In this document: positions 60,392 to 64,000 of the stretch, one piece after another | Layout of the letters: each line of letters begins with the position of its first letter | Position numbering within the stretch: position 1 is the stretch's first letter | Assembly (NCBI GenBank): GCA_038521865.1 | Contig: JBCBKO010000002.1 | Location: 594,798-658,797 of the forward strand | Source of the DNA: Pseudomonadota bacterium | Lineage (GTDB): Bacteria; Pseudomonadota; Gammaproteobacteria; Steroidobacterales; Woeseiaceae | Direction of reading: 5' to 3' | Length of the DNA: 64,000 bases | Program-made: the position numbers and the translations under genes | The notes under the pieces: model-generated | What the model was told of the DNA's origin: nothing | Databases searched by the model: none | Seen by the model: the letters and a program-made list of their open reading frames with translations, nothing else

Positions 60392-62034
60392 AAGCCGCGG
60401 CGCCCCTGAATGGAGACCTGCAGTCCGCTGGTAATGCCAATCCCGCTCTGCAGCGGATAAGCGAAGTCGATGTGCAGCATCCGGTTGCTGGAGGCTCTTG
60501 TGCTCATCAGACGGAGTCCTAAACCGATATTGCTGAGATAACGATCCTCGGAAAAACCGGTGATATCGTCGCCCCAGACTCGACCGACATCTACAAACGC
60601 TGCACCGCCGACTCTGAATAAATTGAACGGATACCAATCGGTGATCAGTCGTTGTTCCAGGGTCAGTAGCGCGCGCGCGTCCCCGTTGGCGAACGCTCGG
60701 TCGAAGCCCCTTAGACCTGTCAGTCCGCCGAGCTGTACGGGTCGATCGAGATCCGGCTCATGTGCAACGGTGGACTCGACGCCTACAAACCACGAGGTAC
60801 GCTCGGACTGGCGTCGCAAATAGCCAGCTTGCATTTCGAAGCGGCCGTTCTGGAGCTTGCCATTTTCAAGACGACCATCAGCACCAGCGCGCCAGTTGAA
60901 GATGTAGCTGGCTGGGTCACCGAGGCTGCTGGCGTAATCGAAGTCAAAAATGGCACCGTCTCGATCGGAGCCGGTGCTTGCGCCAAACCACCCGATGGTG
61001 GCGCTGTAGCGTGTACCAAGGAAGAGGTCTTCTGTAACGGCAATCTGGGTGAGATTGGTCGCGCGTACGAACCGATCCTCAATGGCCTCGTAGCGAACGA
61101 AAGGATATCGGAGCTCTCGGTCTTCGGGTGTGACGACGAGTGGACCCGGTTCAAAAACCGGCTCAAATTGATTGTCGTCGACCGCGAATCCAATCATCCA
61201 GCGACGAGACCAATTATCCACAAGCCCTTTAGACCAGCCGTACCACATTGTCATGTTGGTTGCGTCGCGCCGATACTCCGCGAGCTCCTCACCGCGGCTG
61301 AAGAGTGGCTCCTCCTGTTCAAGCGCAGTGCCATCAAACCCGGCGCTCCATTTGCTGTCCAGCGAAAAAAAAGGACGGATCAAACGCAATCGGTGTGCAT
61401 CTCCGTCGTCGCTATTCCGAAACCCCGTTTCAAAACGCCACCAGGTTCCTAAAAAGTTTCTGTTGTCGTAACGCAGTTGCGTAGACTCACGGTCGCCGTC
61501 ATCTTCAATGTTGAATGTCAGTTCGCCGCCGGTCCCCAAGAGGTTGCCCTCACGGGCACCGAGTGCATATTCGGTTTGTCCGCCCTGCTGGGTAAAACCT
61601 ATCTTGGGGAATAACGTCCAGTTGTCGCGTGTTACGACAGACAGGTCCACTTCGGTTTCACTGACTCGTTCGGCATCGATCACAACGTCGAACAGATAGC
61701 TGCGTCTGCGCAGGACACGCTCCGTTTCTTCGATCGCCTGCGCGGACAAAACCTCCCCTTCTTCGAACAAGAGTTGCGCTCGGACGACGTAGTCTTTGGT
61801 GACGACATGCACTTTGTTAGCTGCCCGATACAGCCATTTGTCTTCGTCGGGATTAGCGAGGTCGAAGATCTTCTGGCGCACGATTGTGATGTTGCGGATA
61901 CGCACGCCCTCGGCTTCGAGTTGTTCGAAACGCTTGTTGCGTGCTTCATCAGCACGCGTAATCGGCGATGCGACGACACTCGTTATGCCGAGTGCAATCG
62001 CCAACCATAGCCATAGGGATTTGATTTTGTGCAT
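60388..62034 (-). CDS. Omp85/BamA-TamA family outer membrane protein (one POTRA-like region + beta-barrel)
   Basis: Signal peptide, N-terminal POTRA-like VRIRNITIVRQKIFD.., alternating-pattern barrel, C-terminal ..QVSIQGRRGF. Start ATG 62034 (the ORF-track start is TTG 62043). Confidence 0.72.
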   Translation of the reverse strand: MHKIKSLWLWLAIALGITSVVASPITRADEARNKRFEQLEAEGVRIRNITIVRQKIFDLANPDEDKWLYRAANKVHVVTKDYVVRAQLLFEEGEVLSAQAIEETERVLRRRSYLFDVVIDAERVSETEVDLSVVTRDNWTLFPKIGFTQQGGQTEYALGAREGNLLGTGGELTFNIEDDGDRESTQLRYDNRNFLGTWWRFETGFRNSDDGDAHRLRLIRPFFSLDSKWSAGFDGTALEQEEPLFSRGEELAEYRRDATNMTMWYGWSKGLVDNWSRRWMIGFAVDDNQFEPVFEPGPLVVTPEDRELRYPFVRYEAIEDRFVRATNLTQIAVTEDLFLGTRYSATIGWFGASTGSDRDGAIFDFDYASSLGDPASYIFNWRAGADGRLENGKLQNGRFEMQAGYLRRQSERTSWFVGVESTVAHEPDLDRPVQLGGLTGLRGFDRAFANGDARALLTLEQRLITDWYPFNLFRVGGAAFVDVGRVWGDDITGFSEDRYLSNIGLGLRLMSTRASSNRMLHIDFAYPLQSGIGITSGLQVSIQGRRGF

Positions 62035-62140
62035 GGCGGGCAATACCGAGAGTGGATCGATTCTTTAATCCTGACGCACATCGCTCTCGACCCTAGCACG
62101 GGTTGTATCCTTAATGCGTGACAAAGAGTCGCAAATACCG

Positions 62141-62887
62141 TCAGGTTGCGGTTTCGGCCAACGTTCGTTCGAACAGAAACCCAGTGACACGGAGACGCAC
62201 GGCTCGCGGCGCGTAGAGATCGGCTTGCAGCTGCTTGATGACCGGCTTGAAGGCGTTGGCAATACGCTGTGCCGTCTCGGTATCGGAGAATGGCGCGTAG
62301 ACCTCAAGCTCGACACTGGCGGCATTGTCGGTCGGAAACCTGAGCGTGATCACCCAATTGTCGTAGCGATTGACTACACCTTGCCGGCGCAGCTCGGTGA
62401 CAAGATCAATCGCATCGCCCCGCGTCGCGTAACCCTCGTAATACACATAGGTATCCCGCGACACGTGCGTATTGATCGGTTGTGACGGCAGCAAAATGAT
62501 TGCGGCGAACAGAAACGGAAAGCTCCAGGCGATGGTGACGCTAGTGACACCGATCGGGCGACCCCAACCGCCATACTTGACGGAGTCGCCATCGAGAGTG
62601 AACGTCGGCCCAAAGCGCAACCAACTGGCCAGCAATGCCGTTGTCATCAGCCAGAACAACCAGTCTGGTGTATCCGTCGGTGCTTTCAGGATCAGCGTGA
62701 CCAATCCTAAGGTCACGAGTACGCCTACCGTGGTGGCGAGCAGCAGTACCCGGCGGTTGCGATGGACGCGGTAGTTGGAAATCAGAAGCCAGAAGCCCGC
62801 GATGGGTCCGGCCAAGAGGCCGGCCATCAGAATTTGCTGCGGTGACGCCAACTGCATCGCTTGCGTCTGCTCGCGGGCGTCGTTCAT
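62141..62887 (-). CDS. Hypothetical membrane protein (4 TM + C-terminal soluble domain)
   Basis: 248-aa ORF with a coding-like pattern and clear TM segments. No recognisable motif. Confidence 0.45.
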   Translation of the reverse strand: MNDAREQTQAMQLASPQQILMAGLLAGPIAGFWLLISNYRVHRNRRVLLLATTVGVLVTLGLVTLILKAPTDTPDWLFWLMTTALLASWLRFGPTFTLDGDSVKYGGWGRPIGVTSVTIAWSFPFLFAAIILLPSQPINTHVSRDTYVYYEGYATRGDAIDLVTELRRQGVVNRYDNWVITLRFPTDNAASVELEVYAPFSDTETAQRIANAFKPVIKQLQADLYAPRAVRLRVTGFLFERTLAETAT

Positions 62888-62899
62888 GATCGTGTGGCC

Positions 62900-64000
62900 C
62901 TACCTGATGCCGTGGGTCATCCGATTGATGAGCGGCGAGAGCAGAATGAAGACCAATCCGGCGCCCGCTGCAATCGCGGTCACCACAAGGAACAGCTGCT
63001 CCGGTGGCAGACTCTCGATTTGACCGGCGACTCGCCCAGCGACCAGGTTGCCAAGCGCTGCTCCCATGAACCACGTGCCCATCATCTGACCGACATAGCG
63101 CGGTGGCGATAGCTTAGTAACGCTCGAAAGTCCAACCGGGCTGAGTGCGAGTTCGCCTACGGTGTGGAAAAAGTAGGTCACGATTAACCAATTCATGGAC
63201 ACGCCAAGATCCGCGTCTGCTTCCGCGCCTTCTGGTACATACAAAGACCCCCACGCCAGCACCAGGAACCCGACGCCGAGCAAGATCAAACCCATGCCGA
63301 ACTTCACTGGAATCGACGGGTTGCGCGCACCAAGCGCCATCCACAGATAGCCGACGATCGGCGCCATGATGATGATGAACATCGCGTTCACAGACTGTAG
63401 CCAGCTCGTCGGCGTTTCCCAGCCAAAGAAGACGCGGTCTGTTAGGTCACGCGCAAAGATGGTCATTGACGACCCTGCCTGCTCGAAGCCGGACCAGAAC
63501 ATGGCGGCGCCGATGAACAGCAGCGAAATGACGAACACCCTATGGCGCTCGATCTTGTCGCGGCACCCGAATCCGATGATCATTGCGAAGTAGACGATTG
63601 CGGCGACCACGACGATGGACCCGGTCAGGTCAGCGAAACTGATGATGGTCAGGGCAATGACGCCGCTGGCGGCTAACCAATAAACCACACCAGCGAGCGC
63701 GGCGCTGATCGCAAGGCCGATCATGAGTTGCCGGGAAGCCGCGGAGACTTTGTTCGAAGGCGCGAATTCCTCCGTTAGATCGCCCGCGGTTCCAAGGTGC
63801 TTCTGTCCTCTGGAGTATTGGATCAGGCCGGCTACCATGCCGACACCGGCGAGGCCAAAGCCAACATGCCAATCGACTTTTTCGGCGAACCAACCGCACA
63901 AAATTGGACCGAAAAACGCGCCGAGGTTGATGCCCATATAGTAGATGGAAAAGCCAGCATCGCGACGCTGTGGGGTGTCGCCTTCGTACAACCCGCCAAC
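62900..64000 (-). CDS. Proton-dependent oligopeptide transporter (POT/PTR2, DtpT-like); N-terminus outside the window
   Basis: The frame is open to base 64000. POT signature ..GDTPQRRDAGFSIYYMGINLGAFFGP.. and many TM segments. Confidence 0.85.
   Translation of the reverse strand, partial: VGGLYEGDTPQRRDAGFSIYYMGINLGAFFGPILCGWFAEKVDWHVGFGLAGVGMVAGLIQYSRGQKHLGTAGDLTEEFAPSNKVSAASRQLMIGLAISAALAGVVYWLAASGVIALTIISFADLTGSIVVVAAIVYFAMIIGFGCRDKIERHRVFVISLLFIGAAMFWSGFEQAGSSMTIFARDLTDRVFFGWETPTSWLQSVNAMFIIIMAPIVGYLWMALGARNPSIPVKFGMGLILLGVGFLVLAWGSLYVPEGAEADADLGVSMNWLIVTYFFHTVGELALSPVGLSSVTKLSPPRYVGQMMGTWFMGAALGNLVAGRVAGQIESLPPEQLFLVVTAIAAGAGLVFILLSPLINRMTHGIR

Overview
Chromosomal, origin-proximal segment of a moderately GC-rich gammaproteobacterium (roughly 55-60% GC by eye) whose gene order resembles Pseudomonas. 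I count about 62 tightly packed protein genes. I see no rRNA, intact tRNA, CRISPR array, transposase or integrase. The left arm is mostly on the minus strand: atpA(partial)-atpH-atpF-atpE-atpB-atpI, a stand-alone EAL protein, then parB-parA-rsmG. An inserted block follows (TSP3-repeat OmpA, cytochrome c4, DUF945-like protein, four-gene Opp/Dpp-type ABC importer), then mnmG. A second insert holds a secreted alpha/beta hydrolase, a NatAB-like ABC pair and a GGDEF cyclase, followed by mnmE, a hydrolase-OsmC fusion and yidC-rnpA-rpmH. Next come dnaA-dnaN-recF-gyrB (plus strand), plsC-gmhB-glyS-glyQ, glnA-DUF4124-ntrB-ntrC, a peroxiredoxin, trmL, gpsA-secB-grxC-rhodanese and envC-ctpA-yibQ. From about 50.6 kb the content turns accessory. 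It contains a NUDIX hydrolase, a six-domain Kazal-like secreted protein, a GNAT, a spondin_N+CHRD secreted protein, an ECF sigma / anti-sigma / S8 subtilase unit, and an 811-aa HerA/YjgR-like ATPase. It ends with a membrane protein plus lipase-like hydrolase, an Omp85-family barrel, an unknown membrane protein and a partial POT peptide transporter. Main leads: (1) an anti-sigma factor whose periplasmic tail looks like a subtilisin propeptide, translationally coupled to an ECF sigma and a lipoprotein subtilase. (2) A multi-headed four-Cys Kazal-like inhibitor welded onto the envC-ctpA-yibQ envelope operon. (3) Perfect inverted DnaA boxes in a long dnaA-dnaN spacer, while the expected rpmH-dnaA origin site is empty. 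(4) Two parS sites inside recF. (5) ntrB has no canonical start codon. The ORF track shows M for any table-11 start codon (GTG, TTG and others), so I re-chose several starts by reading the DNA. All family assignments rest on motif recognition by eye. No searches were run.
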